Source of the DNA: a bacterium | GTDB lineage: Bacteria; Patescibacteriota; Saccharimonadia; UBA4664 | Direction of reading: 5' to 3' | Assembly (NCBI GenBank): GCA_016699105.1 | Contig: CP064960.1 | Span: 968,729-1,032,728, forward strand | DNA: 64,000 bases | In this document: piece by piece, positions 32,003 to 41,056 of the stretch | How the letters are laid out: the number at the start of each line of letters is the position of its first letter | How positions within the stretch are numbered: position 1 is the first letter of the stretch | Translations under genes and position numbers: made by a program | The notes under the pieces: model-generated | What the model was told of the DNA's origin: nothing | Databases searched by the model: none | Seen by the model: only the letters and a program-made list of their open reading frames with translations

Positions 32003-32646
32003 AATACCAAGGGTTAGTGCGCGCGTCTTTACTCGTTTTTACCAGTAGTGTCAGTACGATAATGTTTGTCGGTTTAGTATTGCAGCCTTCACCAGTACAG
32101 CTGGGATTGGGACTGGCTCCCGAAACGTTGGTTGAAGCCGGGTCGACTGGCATCACGCCGGCAAACTCGGAAACTGTACCGGCGGGGCAGACACCGATTA
32201 CTGCTACACCCACGCCAGTCGTTACATTGAAGCCAGGCCAAACAGCTACACCAGTCAGTAAATCAACAGCTACTACTGCCACCGCTACCCCTAAGCCAGC
32301 TGGCGGGACGACTACCACAACACCGAAGCCGGCTACACCGACACCAACGCCGGTTCCGGCCGGTCCAGCGTGCGGTAGTGCCAACGGTACCTGTACTGCA
32401 GCGCAGGTAGCTGCCCACAATAGCCGGACGAACTGTTGGATGATTTATAACGGTTACTACTACATTGTGACATCGTATGTGAACAGCCATCCGGGTGGAA
32501 CCTCGGTCTTCAACAGTAGTACCTGCGGCATCAATGCCACCGGCTATCTCAATGGCTCAACTTCGACAGGTGGCAAAAAGCACAACCATGGTGGCTCGAC
32601 GTACACCATTCTCAATTCGTACAAAGTCGGTCCTGTTCAGGGATGA
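31999..32646 (+). CDS. Membrane-anchored cytochrome b5-like heme-binding domain protein
   Basis: ATGA overlap with the upstream gene. N-terminal TM, Thr/Pro-rich linker, then a cyt b5 domain (VAAHNSRTNCWMIYNGYYYIVTSYVNSHPGG with the HPGG signature). Confidence 0.7.
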   Translation: MKYQGLVRASLLVFTSSVSTIMFVGLVLQPSPVQLGLGLAPETLVEAGSTGITPANSETVPAGQTPITATPTPVVTLKPGQTATPVSKSTATTATATPKPAGGTTTTTPKPATPTPTPVPAGPACGSANGTCTAAQVAAHNSRTNCWMIYNGYYYIVTSYVNSHPGGTSVFNSSTCGINATGYLNGSTSTGGKKHNHGGSTYTILNSYKVGPVQG

Positions 32647-33131
32647 AGCTCATTAAACGCAGGCAGGTAACTGCAATATTGGTATTGGTAGCATTGTTGG
32701 GTACGGCGACCGGTTGGCTGATCTATAGTCAGTGGTTGTATCGCCCCATTGTTACCCCCCAAACAACAGTTTCACCGCAGCCAAAATATGTGGCTAAAAT
32801 AATTTCGAGTCGCATCGACAATACTGGCACTGAAGTTTTTCGGCCCGGAGCCGGTTATCACTACGTCATTGTCGATGTTGAGATTACCAATTCTGATACG
32901 GCGGATTTAGCGCTGGCACCCGTCATTCAAACACATATTCAGTCGGCTACGGGCGAGCGTTTTGAGATGGCACCCGCACCTTTGGACAACCCGTTTGATG
33001 CTGGCGTACTGGCGCTTGGCCAAAGCCGACGGGGCGAGCTCAGCTACATCGTACCCGATGGGGTGACAGACACGCAATGGGTGTTTGAGCTAGGCGCTGG
33101 ATATGCGACGACTCGCGTCAAGCTGCCATAA
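32643..33131 (+). CDS. DUF4352-like membrane-anchored protein
   Basis: ATGA overlap with the upstream gene. N-terminal TM followed by a beta-rich domain (YHYVIVDVEITNSDTADLALAP). Confidence 0.55.
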   Translation: MKLIKRRQVTAILVLVALLGTATGWLIYSQWLYRPIVTPQTTVSPQPKYVAKIISSRIDNTGTEVFRPGAGYHYVIVDVEITNSDTADLALAPVIQTHIQSATGERFEMAPAPLDNPFDAGVLALGQSRRGELSYIVPDGVTDTQWVFELGAGYATTRVKLP

Positions 33132-33513
33132 TTACTCCTGAATAATCGACAATATATTACCGGCGGGGTCAGTAAACCAGGCTATTTTCATACCACTGTC
33201 GAGATCGGAGCTAATGCCCCGCTCATCGGTGCGAAATAGCTCGTTGTCGTAGTGCTCAAATGCCACGCCATGCTCAGTGAGATTATCGACGGCTTTGTCG
33301 ATGTCTTTGACCCGGAAATTTTGAAGTGTGAAAACTGCCGGGGTATGGTCGAGCTTAGGATAAATGACAAAACCGGTGCCTTCGCCGGCTGTCACTTGAG
33401 TAGACCCATGTGATTTGTGCTCGTTTTGAGACCAAGCGTCTGGCCATAAAATTGCTCGGCCGCGTCCAGATCGTCGACGGCAAGGTACTAAATACGGGAG
33501 TATCTTTAAACAT
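33132..33513 (-). CDS. VOC/glyoxalase-family protein (two apparent frameshifts)
   Basis: The N-terminus MFKDTPVFS(Y)LAVDDLDAAEQFYGQTLGLK and the body TAGEGTGFVIYPKLDH...KIAWFTDPAGNILSIIQE lie in different frames. Junctions at about 33455 and about 33395. Confidence 0.6.
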
Positions 33514-33592
33514 AATAAATGCCCTCATTTAATGATTATTAGTTTACACTAGTTTACTGCTGCTCGTATGAAATATTAATTATGCATTTTCT

Positions 33593-33620
33593 TTGACAAT
33601 ATACAATTTTTACTTAAAAT
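33593..33620 (+). promoter_or_regulatory. Near-consensus sigma-70-type promoter
   Basis: TTGACA, 16-nt spacer, TAAAAT. The gene start at 33661 follows, with RBS tggag. Confidence 0.5.
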
Positions 33621-33660
33621 ATTGTTGTTCGATCGAACCTTCAACCCTTGGAGTCACACC

Positions 33661-34434
33661 ATGAGTACTGATTCTTCGGCCATCGATGGTCGTTTCGCGG
33701 TCGTACCGTCACCCGACGGAGTGTTGTTTACGGTGTCAATCGATCCCGAGATCGTCGATCGAGCGACGCTCAAGACCGATCTCGAGAGTCGGCCGTGGGT
33801 GACCTCGGCCAGTAATGTGAAGGGCGAGAAGATCAAGGTTGTCGTCAATCCTGCGAGCCACGGTTCACCGGAGTCCTGGCTCAAGCAGGTCTTGGCCGGA
33901 TACGTCGTGCGCCACTATGCAGCCCAGCTGGACCAGGCTCCCGAAGCACCGTCCGAAGATGTGACAATCGAAGAAGCCACACAGGACACAGCGCCCGATC
34001 ACGAAGGTGAACGCTTCTTTGTGTCAAAGTCATTTGGGCGGGGGTATCGGTACATTTACCTGTCGGTGCCGCTGACCGTTGCAGCTTGGGAGAGCATCGA
34101 ACAAGCCATGTTGAAGTCCAAGTATGTGTCAATTTTCCGCTACGAGTACATGGTATCCAGCGATGATGATATTCTGCGTTACACCGAAATCATGCTCAAG
34201 TGCACTGCCCCGGCGCAGGACATCATGGATGAAGTTCTGGCGCTAATGTGCCAGGCATTCGGTCGCGAGAATTATTACTTTGGCGGTTACGTGCAGTCTC
34301 GTAGCGATGCACCGATGACCGAACGCACCGCTCGTGATCTGCATCTGCTGGCCGGAGTCGCTGAACATTTCAGCGGCGCTAAGCATGTCGAGTTCGTCAT
34401 GCCTGATGGCACACGGATCGAGATTTCGCAGTAA
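33661..34434 (+). CDS. Hypothetical protein (GC-rich, no recognisable family)
   Basis: 257-aa ORF from MSTDSSAIDGRF. Strong promoter upstream and terminator downstream. GC is clearly above the window average. Confidence 0.55.
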   Translation: MSTDSSAIDGRFAVVPSPDGVLFTVSIDPEIVDRATLKTDLESRPWVTSASNVKGEKIKVVVNPASHGSPESWLKQVLAGYVVRHYAAQLDQAPEAPSEDVTIEEATQDTAPDHEGERFFVSKSFGRGYRYIYLSVPLTVAAWESIEQAMLKSKYVSIFRYEYMVSSDDDILRYTEIMLKCTAPAQDIMDEVLALMCQAFGRENYYFGGYVQSRSDAPMTERTARDLHLLAGVAEHFSGAKHVEFVMPDGTRIEISQ

Positions 34435-34453
34435 GATTGCAGCCTGCGGTCAA

Positions 34454-34486
34454 AATGGCCCATCTCTTTTACAGAGATGGGCCATT
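34454..34486. terminator. Bidirectional rho-independent terminator
   Basis: 13-bp perfect stem aatggcccatctc-ttttaca-gagatgggccatt, followed by a T-rich tract. It serves the convergent genes at 33661-34434 (+) and 34509-34610 (-). Confidence 0.65.
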
Positions 34487-34508
34487 ATCATTTGTATTCG
34501 TATTTTTG

Positions 34509-34610
34509 CTAGAACTTGGCTTCGCGGGCGGCTTTTTTAGCCTTCTTTTCTTTGGTAGTCAATTTGACTGCCTTGGGTTCTTTCTTCTTTTCTTTGCCTT
34601 TAGCCATAGT
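34509..34610 (-). CDS. Small lysine-rich protein (33 aa)
   Basis: MAKGKEKKKEPKAVKLTTKEKKAKKAAREAKF. RBS aagagg lies 8 nt upstream and a terminator lies immediately downstream. It is below the ORF-track length cutoff. Confidence 0.4.
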   Translation of the reverse strand, partial: TMAKGKEKKKEPKAVKLTTKEKKAKKAAREAKF

Positions 34611-34779
34611 GTACCTCTTGCGATTGCATTATATGGGTATCATACCTTGTTTTTAGGACATTTCGCGAATATCTCATCGATGAATAATGGTATGAACGAA
34701 CTACCGCCCAGTACCGTGATGTACTGGGCGGCTGGAGTGAGGAGGACTGGTGCCTCCCCGACTCGATCGTCTTGGTGAC

Positions 34780-35182
34780 TTAGTTGCTGGATTGCAGGCC
34801 GTTATATAGCACCTTGTCACCCTGCCAGCAGGCGAAGTAGTGGTTTCGACCACTCTCTTCCACATATAGAAACGACATGTAGATTGAGTGCAGGATTTTG
34901 ATCTGTCGGTCCGTGTAGTTCGACAGGAGAATGCTTGTGAGTGTAACCACATCAGCCGGAACCGGACATGATCGCAACCACGGCATGCAGGAATGACAAA
35001 TCTGCGCGGTGGCTGTCGTAAGGACGGAAAATCCATGCCAGCCCCAGCGACGCTTCCAAAAACCAAAGTCCGATGGTAATCAACTTTAATCCGCTGGTCG
35101 AATCACGTAGAGCTTTTCCACGTAGGACATTCTCGTTTTCGGTATCGAGTTCCTTAACCAAGTACTGGCCGATTTCAAGCAT
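34780..35182 (-). CDS. DoxX-like small membrane protein (one apparent frameshift)
   Basis: Two ORF-track pieces (34952-35182 and 34780-34986) give about 138 aa with three hydrophobic segments. Family assignment is weak. Confidence 0.3.
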
Positions 35183-35249
35183 GACGACTCCTCGTCACGA
35201 GAAGTTTGGACTTGGTTATTATATAAGATTATTTGCTGTTATGCAATAG

Positions 35250-36668
35250 TTATATTTCTGCCGGGTAAATACTTTCAGCCCATAATTGCAAATCAGTTAG
35301 CAGCGATTTGCCAGCGTCATCGGCATCGTCGTAAGCAGCAGCTAAAGCGGTAGACCAGGGCTCGATGTCGGCCATAATGCGGGACGCGCGATAGGTTTCC
35401 CATTGTGAGCGATCTTCGTCTGATAGGCTTTGTGGAAAATTGCGGCCTTTGTAACGCAAGAATAATTCTGGTAAGCGTTCATCGGTGAATGGTGGCGCCA
35501 ACGTAGCAATTGTTTGACTGGTGGCCGTCCTGACTTGGTTACAAGCAGCATCGTCATTAAGGAATCCATTATAGAGTGCGCCATCGACATCGTCAGTGGC
35601 CGGAAATGGCGTTTGGAGCTGAAAGGCGGCGGCAATATTGGCCGGCAATTGGCTCCCTCGGAGGGTCTGCCAATGAGTTTGAATGGTTTGTTTATCCAGC
35701 TCCAACCGTGAGGCAGCCTCGTCCGTCAGCGTAGCTAGTGGTGCCACCGCCGGACACCGGTTGGTACTGAGGGTTTTGACTGGTACCCGCGACACGCCGG
35801 TGGCCGCTAATTCCTGGCTTTTACTGAACAAGCGCACCTGCAAATCCTCGGGCGATAAATCCATAAATGGCTTTGGATCGACGCGTAAATCATAGATGAA
35901 GTACGTACCAGGTCGATCCTGCCCGATAATAACGGCGGCCGTAGTGGAGTCATGCTCATGCCCGTACATGCCATTGGTATAGATGAAGGGTTCCGGTGAT
36001 AGGGGTTTGATCATGTCTTCAACGGTGGCTTTGTGGCGCAACTTGAGGGCATACTGCCAAAATTTGGGTTGTGCTTGCTGAATGAGACGCGCTAAGCCAA
36101 TGAGAGCCTGGACATCGCTGAGGGCGTCGTGGGCTTTGAGATGGTCGAGACCATTGGCTTGGGCCAGGTTCTCGAGTCTGTTGGTTGGTTTGCCGGTATC
36201 ATCAGTTGGCCAGGTGAGCCCTTGGGGGCGCAATGCTCGCATCATCCGCACGACATCGAGGAGATCCCAGCGGCTACGGCCATCTTTGTAGGCCCAGGCA
36301 TAGGCATCAGCGAAATTGCGATAGAGCGTAAAGCGGATAAATTCATCGTCAAAGCGAATATTGTTGTATCCCGTGACAATAGTGTCGGGCGTAAGAACCT
36401 GCTCCTGCAAGCGCTTGACCAGCTCGGCTTCGGTGATGCCGTCTTGGGTCGACTGGGGGGTAATGCCAGTAATGAGGGTAGCTTCTATCTCGGGTAAGAC
36501 GTCGTCAGCTAGGCGCACCAGCCAATTGACGGGCTCCCCAATTGGTTCGAGATCAAGGGTCGTGCGCTGACCGGCAAATTGCATGATGCGCTGCCGCCGG
36601 CAATCGGTGCCTGAGGTTTCCAGATCATAAAAGAAGAATGATGGTTGGTGGGGCATAGTTGTTAGCAT
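35250..36668 (-). CDS. sbcB: Exodeoxyribonuclease I
   Basis: 472-aa intact ORF with DEDDh exonuclease motifs (FFFYDLETSG, GYNNIRFDDEF, HDALSDV) and an SbcB C-terminal domain. Confidence 0.85.
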   Translation of the reverse strand: MLTTMPHQPSFFFYDLETSGTDCRRQRIMQFAGQRTTLDLEPIGEPVNWLVRLADDVLPEIEATLITGITPQSTQDGITEAELVKRLQEQVLTPDTIVTGYNNIRFDDEFIRFTLYRNFADAYAWAYKDGRSRWDLLDVVRMMRALRPQGLTWPTDDTGKPTNRLENLAQANGLDHLKAHDALSDVQALIGLARLIQQAQPKFWQYALKLRHKATVEDMIKPLSPEPFIYTNGMYGHEHDSTTAAVIIGQDRPGTYFIYDLRVDPKPFMDLSPEDLQVRLFSKSQELAATGVSRVPVKTLSTNRCPAVAPLATLTDEAASRLELDKQTIQTHWQTLRGSQLPANIAAAFQLQTPFPATDDVDGALYNGFLNDDAACNQVRTATSQTIATLAPPFTDERLPELFLRYKGRNFPQSLSDEDRSQWETYRASRIMADIEPWSTALAAAYDDADDAGKSLLTDLQLWAESIYPAEI

Positions 36669-36794
36669 AGCAGATGTGAGTGGTAATGAATATTGACTAT
36701 TTTATATTTTTGTAGTATTATATATCGGACCTTGGTGCAACCTTCAGATATGCAGCCATGTAGTCACCCTACAACTTGGGACAGGAGTATCCCC

Positions 36795-37418
36795 GTGACT
36801 CGTCGGATATTCAGAACGATCGCCATGGCGATCGGAGCAGTAGTACTGGCCGTTACGTTGGCTGGTTGCCCGTTCGTTGACAGCAAGGTCGCCAACCTCA
36901 AAGGCTTGATGCAGGGCCGGTCAGCCACCGTCACCACGTACAACGTGTTCGGACAAAAGCTCGACCGGATCCACGGTGTTTCGGTGGACATCCAGCGTGA
37001 AAAGGCCTTCGACTCGAAGAACGAAGACGGATCCACCAACAAGGATTCGTCGGTTGTGTCAGTCAGTGTGGGTGCGAACGTGATGACGCACGTCGGCTCG
37101 ACGCTACTCATGGCCGAGGACGGACTTGTCGACGTCAGCGCAGCACTGCCCAAAACCGTCGACCTGAACAACTTTGACCATGGAACTCCCTTCCTCAACT
37201 ACCTGCGCCAGACATACTCGAATTACTGGCAGGGCAAGGCGAGGACAATCGTGGTGCGGTCGCAGAACGGCTCTCCCATTGCCATCTACGCGGGCAACAA
37301 GGTGGAGTACTTTGCCACCAACGTGCCCAAGAGCACGCTCTTGTTGATCGACGATAAGTACCTGCTGATCTATCGCAGCGAGTACACCATCTACGATAAC
37401 GCGCTCTTGCGATCGTAG
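36795..37418 (+). CDS. Hypothetical lipoprotein
   Basis: GTG start with RBS ggacaggag. The n-region RRIFR, an h-region and lipobox LAGC point to a lipoprotein. Mature part about 185 aa. GC-rich. Confidence 0.5.
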   Translation: MTRRIFRTIAMAIGAVVLAVTLAGCPFVDSKVANLKGLMQGRSATVTTYNVFGQKLDRIHGVSVDIQREKAFDSKNEDGSTNKDSSVVSVSVGANVMTHVGSTLLMAEDGLVDVSAALPKTVDLNNFDHGTPFLNYLRQTYSNYWQGKARTIVVRSQNGSPIAIYAGNKVEYFATNVPKSTLLLIDDKYLLIYRSEYTIYDNALLRS

Positions 37419-37431
37419 ACCGCAATTTCAC

Positions 37432-37524
37432 CACCCGGTGAACACCCGGTCTCGGCTTCATTGTCGAGACCGGACCCGGCCCGGACGTTCAACTATGTTG
37501 TTGAGCTGCCAGGTCGGGTTTTTA
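37432..37524 (+). repeat. 90-bp structured repeat, copy 1
   Basis: cacccggtgaacacccggtctcgg...cgagaccggacccggcccggacgttcaac...gttgagctgccaggtcgggttttt. It lies 13 nt after a stop codon. Contains a 9-bp GC-rich hairpin and ends in a G-rich segment plus T tract. Confidence 0.8.
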
Positions 37525-37621
37525 GATAGTAATAGATTGACTAATTACATTTATTGTAGTATACTTATACCGTTCACCCTAGACTCCGAGCAAATTGCTC
37601 ACCGACCGAAGGGCTATCGTG

Positions 37622-38089
37622 ATGACCACTGACACCCCCGACCAGACCCCGCAGACCGCTCGTCCGCGGCGATCCGCTCTCTACCGCCTCGTACGGTTCA
37701 TGCTGATCGCAGCGGTCCTTGAGATGGCGATCTACCTGCAGGCCAAGCATGGCGCTGACCAGCAGGCCATCATCGATCGTGGCCTCAAGGGGCTGCAGCA
37801 GTACTCCGAGGAGGCAGTCCAGGCCAAGCGGAACCAGAACCTCTGGTCCAGCTTCGTCTTCACGTCCTTCTTCATCTGGTTCGCCGTGGGCATGGTGCGC
37901 ATCGCCTGGGCGACCATCTCGAGCATCAGCTCGTCTCGCAAGTCGGCGGCTCAGCCCGGTGCCCCAGTCGCAGCGGCGCCGAACACCACGAGCGAGCCGT
38001 TCGCTTCGAGCATTCCGCCCCTCTTCGGTACCCGGCCGTCGGATGGCGGCACCGGCGCATTGTACCGGAGCGGTATGGAAGACATCTAG
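37622..38089 (+). CDS. Hypothetical membrane protein (about 65% GC), bracketed by the 90-bp repeat pair
   Basis: 155 aa from MTTDTPDQ, with two TM helices and a Pro/Ala/Ser-rich tail. Confidence 0.5.
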   Translation: MTTDTPDQTPQTARPRRSALYRLVRFMLIAAVLEMAIYLQAKHGADQQAIIDRGLKGLQQYSEEAVQAKRNQNLWSSFVFTSFFIWFAVGMVRIAWATISSISSSRKSAAQPGAPVAAAPNTTSEPFASSIPPLFGTRPSDGGTGALYRSGMEDI

Positions 38090-38092
38090 TTC

Positions 38093-38183
38093 TACCCGGT
38101 GAACACCCGGTCTCGGCATCTTTGTCGAGACCGGACCCGGCCCGGACGTTCAACTTAATTGTTGAGCTGCCAGGTCGGGTTTT
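38093..38183 (+). repeat. 90-bp structured repeat, copy 2
   Basis: About 90% identical to copy 1. All differences fall in the two loop regions (gcttcattgt versus gcatctttgt; ctatgtt versus cttaatt); the stems are conserved. It lies 3 nt after a stop codon. Confidence 0.8.
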
Positions 38184-38266
38184 GGTATAAACAGAAAACC
38201 CGCCGACCATGAGGCCGGGGCCTTCTGGTAGACGGGTGATGCACGTGCAGTGCTTGGTTTGTGCGC

Positions 38267-38611
38267 TTAGTGAAGCAGCGCGTAGAGCTGGACGGATCCG
38301 ATCACGACCACGAGTGGCGTCATCATTACGAGCCAGATGGCGCCGAAAGTTACAGTGCCTTCGTGGGGCGGGTAGCGCTTTACCACAATCATGTTACAGA
38401 CGATCGTGATCAAATATCCGATTCCGATGAACTTAATCAGGCGCCCGAAAGCGTCAGCAAGCTCCTGATATGGCGAGTCGCTTGACATGCCGAGATACAA
38501 CAAACTGAACAGCTTCAACCCACTGGGGTGAACCTGCAATACAGTGCCAATAGCGGCAAACTGATCAGCGTCACGATGTAGATCGTGTAACGCACGTGCA
38601 ACCAGCTCCAA
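38267..38611 (-). CDS. Hypothetical small membrane protein
   Basis: ORF of 114 aa, but the internal Met giving about 72 aa is more likely. Two TM helices. Confidence 0.3.
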   Translation of the reverse strand: MELVARALHDLHRDADQFAAIGTVLQVHPSGLKLFSLLYLGMSSDSPYQELADAFGRLIKFIGIGYLITIVCNMIVVKRYPPHEGTVTFGAIWLVMMTPLVVVIGSVQLYALLH

Positions 38612-38931
38612 CGACGCTGAGTGCGGGTTGGCCTTGCTGTGGGCGGGACGGTGAAGTCGGGCACGGAGCCTCCGGGACGTGGGATTGGGTTTATGCAGGT
38701 GCGATGGAGATCAATGAGATCAAGCTACATTATATCATAATTATAATGCTTTGTCCATCTAAATTACGTGGCAGCGAGAAATGATTATCGACGTTATCGT
38801 TCGCAACCTGAATACTCAAATTACTTTAAGTGCTCGGGTGGAGATCTAGTTCTTGGCATGGAACTAGCAAGCATGGCGGGAGCCTTTGGGTCCCGGCGGA
38901 GGAGTGGGCACTCTCGGTGCCTAATAGACAG

Positions 38932-39594
38932 TTACTGCGAGACCACAGCCGACTTCATCGCCGCGGCGAAGGCCCGGTTGGCAGCCAGCAGGTTGGGTGC
39001 ATCCACGGTGAGGCGGGTGAACGGACTCTCATCAACGAAGATGTGATCGGTGGCAATGACAGCATCATCCGTTACCCGTACTTCGGCGGGAAAGCCATGG
39101 CCAGGGATATCGTGGAAGATGCGCACCCGATCGACGAGGCCGGCGAGTGCAGTAGGCTCCGTATTCAGACAGCCGTCCACAGGCTCGGTGGTAATGCCGA
39201 TCCCCGAAGCGTGTAAGCGGAAGCCTCCACGACTAATCTGCGGACGAGCACCAGGCGGGCCGATGAAACCCTTAAATCCATCCCCGATAGATACAGCCAT
39301 CGGATTCTCTTTATTGTCGATATTGAGAACCAGCACAGTGTACATAGGGTGTACCGTCCTTTCAGGACGAGAGGAGTTTTCGGATCATTACTGGTAGAAA
39401 ATGGTGAAATTTTCGACCGCATAAACCGGGATTTGGTAACTTCCCCCGCCCGTAATCGAAACGAGGTAGTACAGTTTGAATCGCTGAATCGAGAGAATGG
39501 GCACTTTGTAGAGGTAGTCGGGTTTACCGACCTCATACCGACGACCATAGCGGCTATCGGTGATGCTGACATAATGCGGCACGCCGATCATCAT
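38932..39594 (-). CDS. Hypothetical protein (one apparent frameshift)
   Basis: Two overlapping ORF-track pieces (39388-39594 and 38932-39345) point to one gene of about 220 aa. No family recognised. Confidence 0.3.
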
Positions 39595-39746
39595 GCCTCC
39601 AGAGGCGTATGGTGCTGAGTGTGTGGGGTGCTCCAGGCATCAAAAAGATTATGGATAATATTATTATACTATGTAATTGTGTAATTTGCAATTATCATGT
39701 AGTAATGAATGACAACAGCCGGCTTGCATCGCTGCAAACCGGCTGT

Positions 39747-40520
39747 TTACGAGGCCGTGGATTGGCCCGCAAGGGTTGATTCTCGCTCGAGTAGCAGATA
39801 TACCCAACGCGGGTAGTGCTCGCGAATGTTGCCACTGTCATCGAGCCTGGGCCGGGCAACCAGCTGAATAGTAGAGCGACTGACGCGCGGAAGTATCCAA
39901 TCATACGACCGTCCAATGAGATTGGCGATCGTCGTACCGGTAAGCATCTCACCGCCGGGCGGGATATACCGAGGGCGGACACCTAGTTTCTGCACGGCCT
40001 CCTCTCGAAGGTAATGATTGATGACATGGCCGTTGGCAATAGCGCGGAACTCGTGCGGCTGGATTCGGGCTTTACGTAGCCGCGACACGATAGTGCTACA
40101 GGCCCAACCCGTTTCACGCCGCAGATCCAATACAGTGACATATTCCGGTGGTGCCAGCGGCGGCATGAGCTGCTTGAGCTTGGTCACCGTTGTCCGCGGT
40201 ACCCCTATTACTTGCCGGTTTTGGGGCTGCGATAGGTTGTCACGCCGACCAAGTGATAGTGGTCGATGAGGATAATCAGATACTGCCGAGTACAGTTGAG
40301 CGCCGCCGCAGCTTGCGGAAGCGTGAAATTGCGTCCGAGCACTGGCAGGCGCATAAAAGCCTTTTTCAGCCCGTAGATGGGCGAGGGCTTCTGGCGAATA
40401 GATACCGTCGTCATCTGGAGCATACGCAACCAGACGGGCAGCTGCCCACTCGCGGCCACAACTAACTTCTCGAGCGAGCCCTTCTAGCGAAAAAGGTCGA
40501 GGTGCTACCACAATGATACC
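39747..40520 (-). CDS. Protein with three tandem excisionase/MerR-like HTH_17 repeats (one apparent frameshift)
   Basis: Repeats LPQAAAALNCTRQYLIILIDHYHLV, YVTVLDLRRETGWACSTIVSRLRKARIQP and LTGTTIANLIGRSYDWILPRVSRSTIQLV. The N-terminal piece is in another frame (40208-40459). Confidence 0.4.
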   Translation of the reverse strand, partial: GIIVVAPRPFSLEGLAREVSCGREWAAARLVAYAPDDDGIYSPEALAHLRAEKGFYAPASARTQFHASASCGGAQLYSAVSDYPHRPLSLGRRDNLSQPQNRQVIGVPRTTVTKLKQLMPPLAPPEYVTVLDLRRETGWACSTIVSRLRKARIQPHEFRAIANGHVINHYLREEAVQKLGVRPRYIPPGGEMLTGTTIANLIGRSYDWILPRVSRSTIQLVARPRLDDSGNIREHYPRWVYLLLERESTLAGQSTAS

Positions 40521-40575
40521 TCCAGGTCGAGTAGAGAGTGGATGAGCCGGTTATAGCATGTCTGATAGAAATAAG

Positions 40576-41022
40576 CTACTCGCCTGGCTCATTGAGTTTG
40601 TGCCGATACTCAGCGCGCGTGGCCCAGGCTACTAATTCCTCAATCTCTTGGGGCGACTCCGGATAGAACAATGGCAAGCCCTTAGCCAATGCCCAGGCCC
40701 GCTCGCGCTTGGCGCCGCTGGAGGTATGCCAGCGGGGCGTGAAGAGCACGGCGTCGGCTGCGTTGAGAAAATGAAAATCTAGGGCGTGATAAAAAGTCTC
40801 GTCGGCTTGGGCTTTGGTGCCAAAGTGGTGGGTGTGCAGATGCGGGCAAAAGAAGCCGATGCCGGCGTTGGCAAGGGCTATGGCGTAAGCCTCGGCGTCG
40901 CGGATGTTGGCCTCGATGGTCTCGATTTTGCCATCGCCAATGTAGGGCCCGGCGATGAAGACGATTTTCATCGGGCGAGAGCCGAGGGGTGCCCAGGGGG
41001 TGGTATCTGGAGGGGTGGTCAT
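40576..41022 (-). CDS. DUF4406-family protein (nucleoside 2-deoxyribosyltransferase-like fold)
   Basis: 149 aa from MTTPPDTT. MKIVFIAGPYIGDG is the DUF4406 N-terminal signature. Confidence 0.6.
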   Translation of the reverse strand: MTTPPDTTPWAPLGSRPMKIVFIAGPYIGDGKIETIEANIRDAEAYAIALANAGIGFFCPHLHTHHFGTKAQADETFYHALDFHFLNAADAVLFTPRWHTSSGAKRERAWALAKGLPLFYPESPQEIEELVAWATRAEYRHKLNEPGE

Positions 41023-41040
41023 GGGCAGATTGTAGCAGAT
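40905..41040. repeat. 137-bp direct repeat, copy A (DUF4406 5' end and upstream)
   Basis: Identical to 42130-42268 apart from G-run length differences. Confidence 0.8.
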
Positions 41041-41056
41041 AGCGCCATATTCAGAA

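Noticed and set aside
37574-38119. Long minus-strand ORF (181 aa) and the plus-strand ORF at 37719-38102
   Set aside because: These are alternative-frame ORFs across the 65%-GC gene at 37622-38089. High GC suppresses stop codons. The plus-strand frame with the TM segments and a proper start is preferred.
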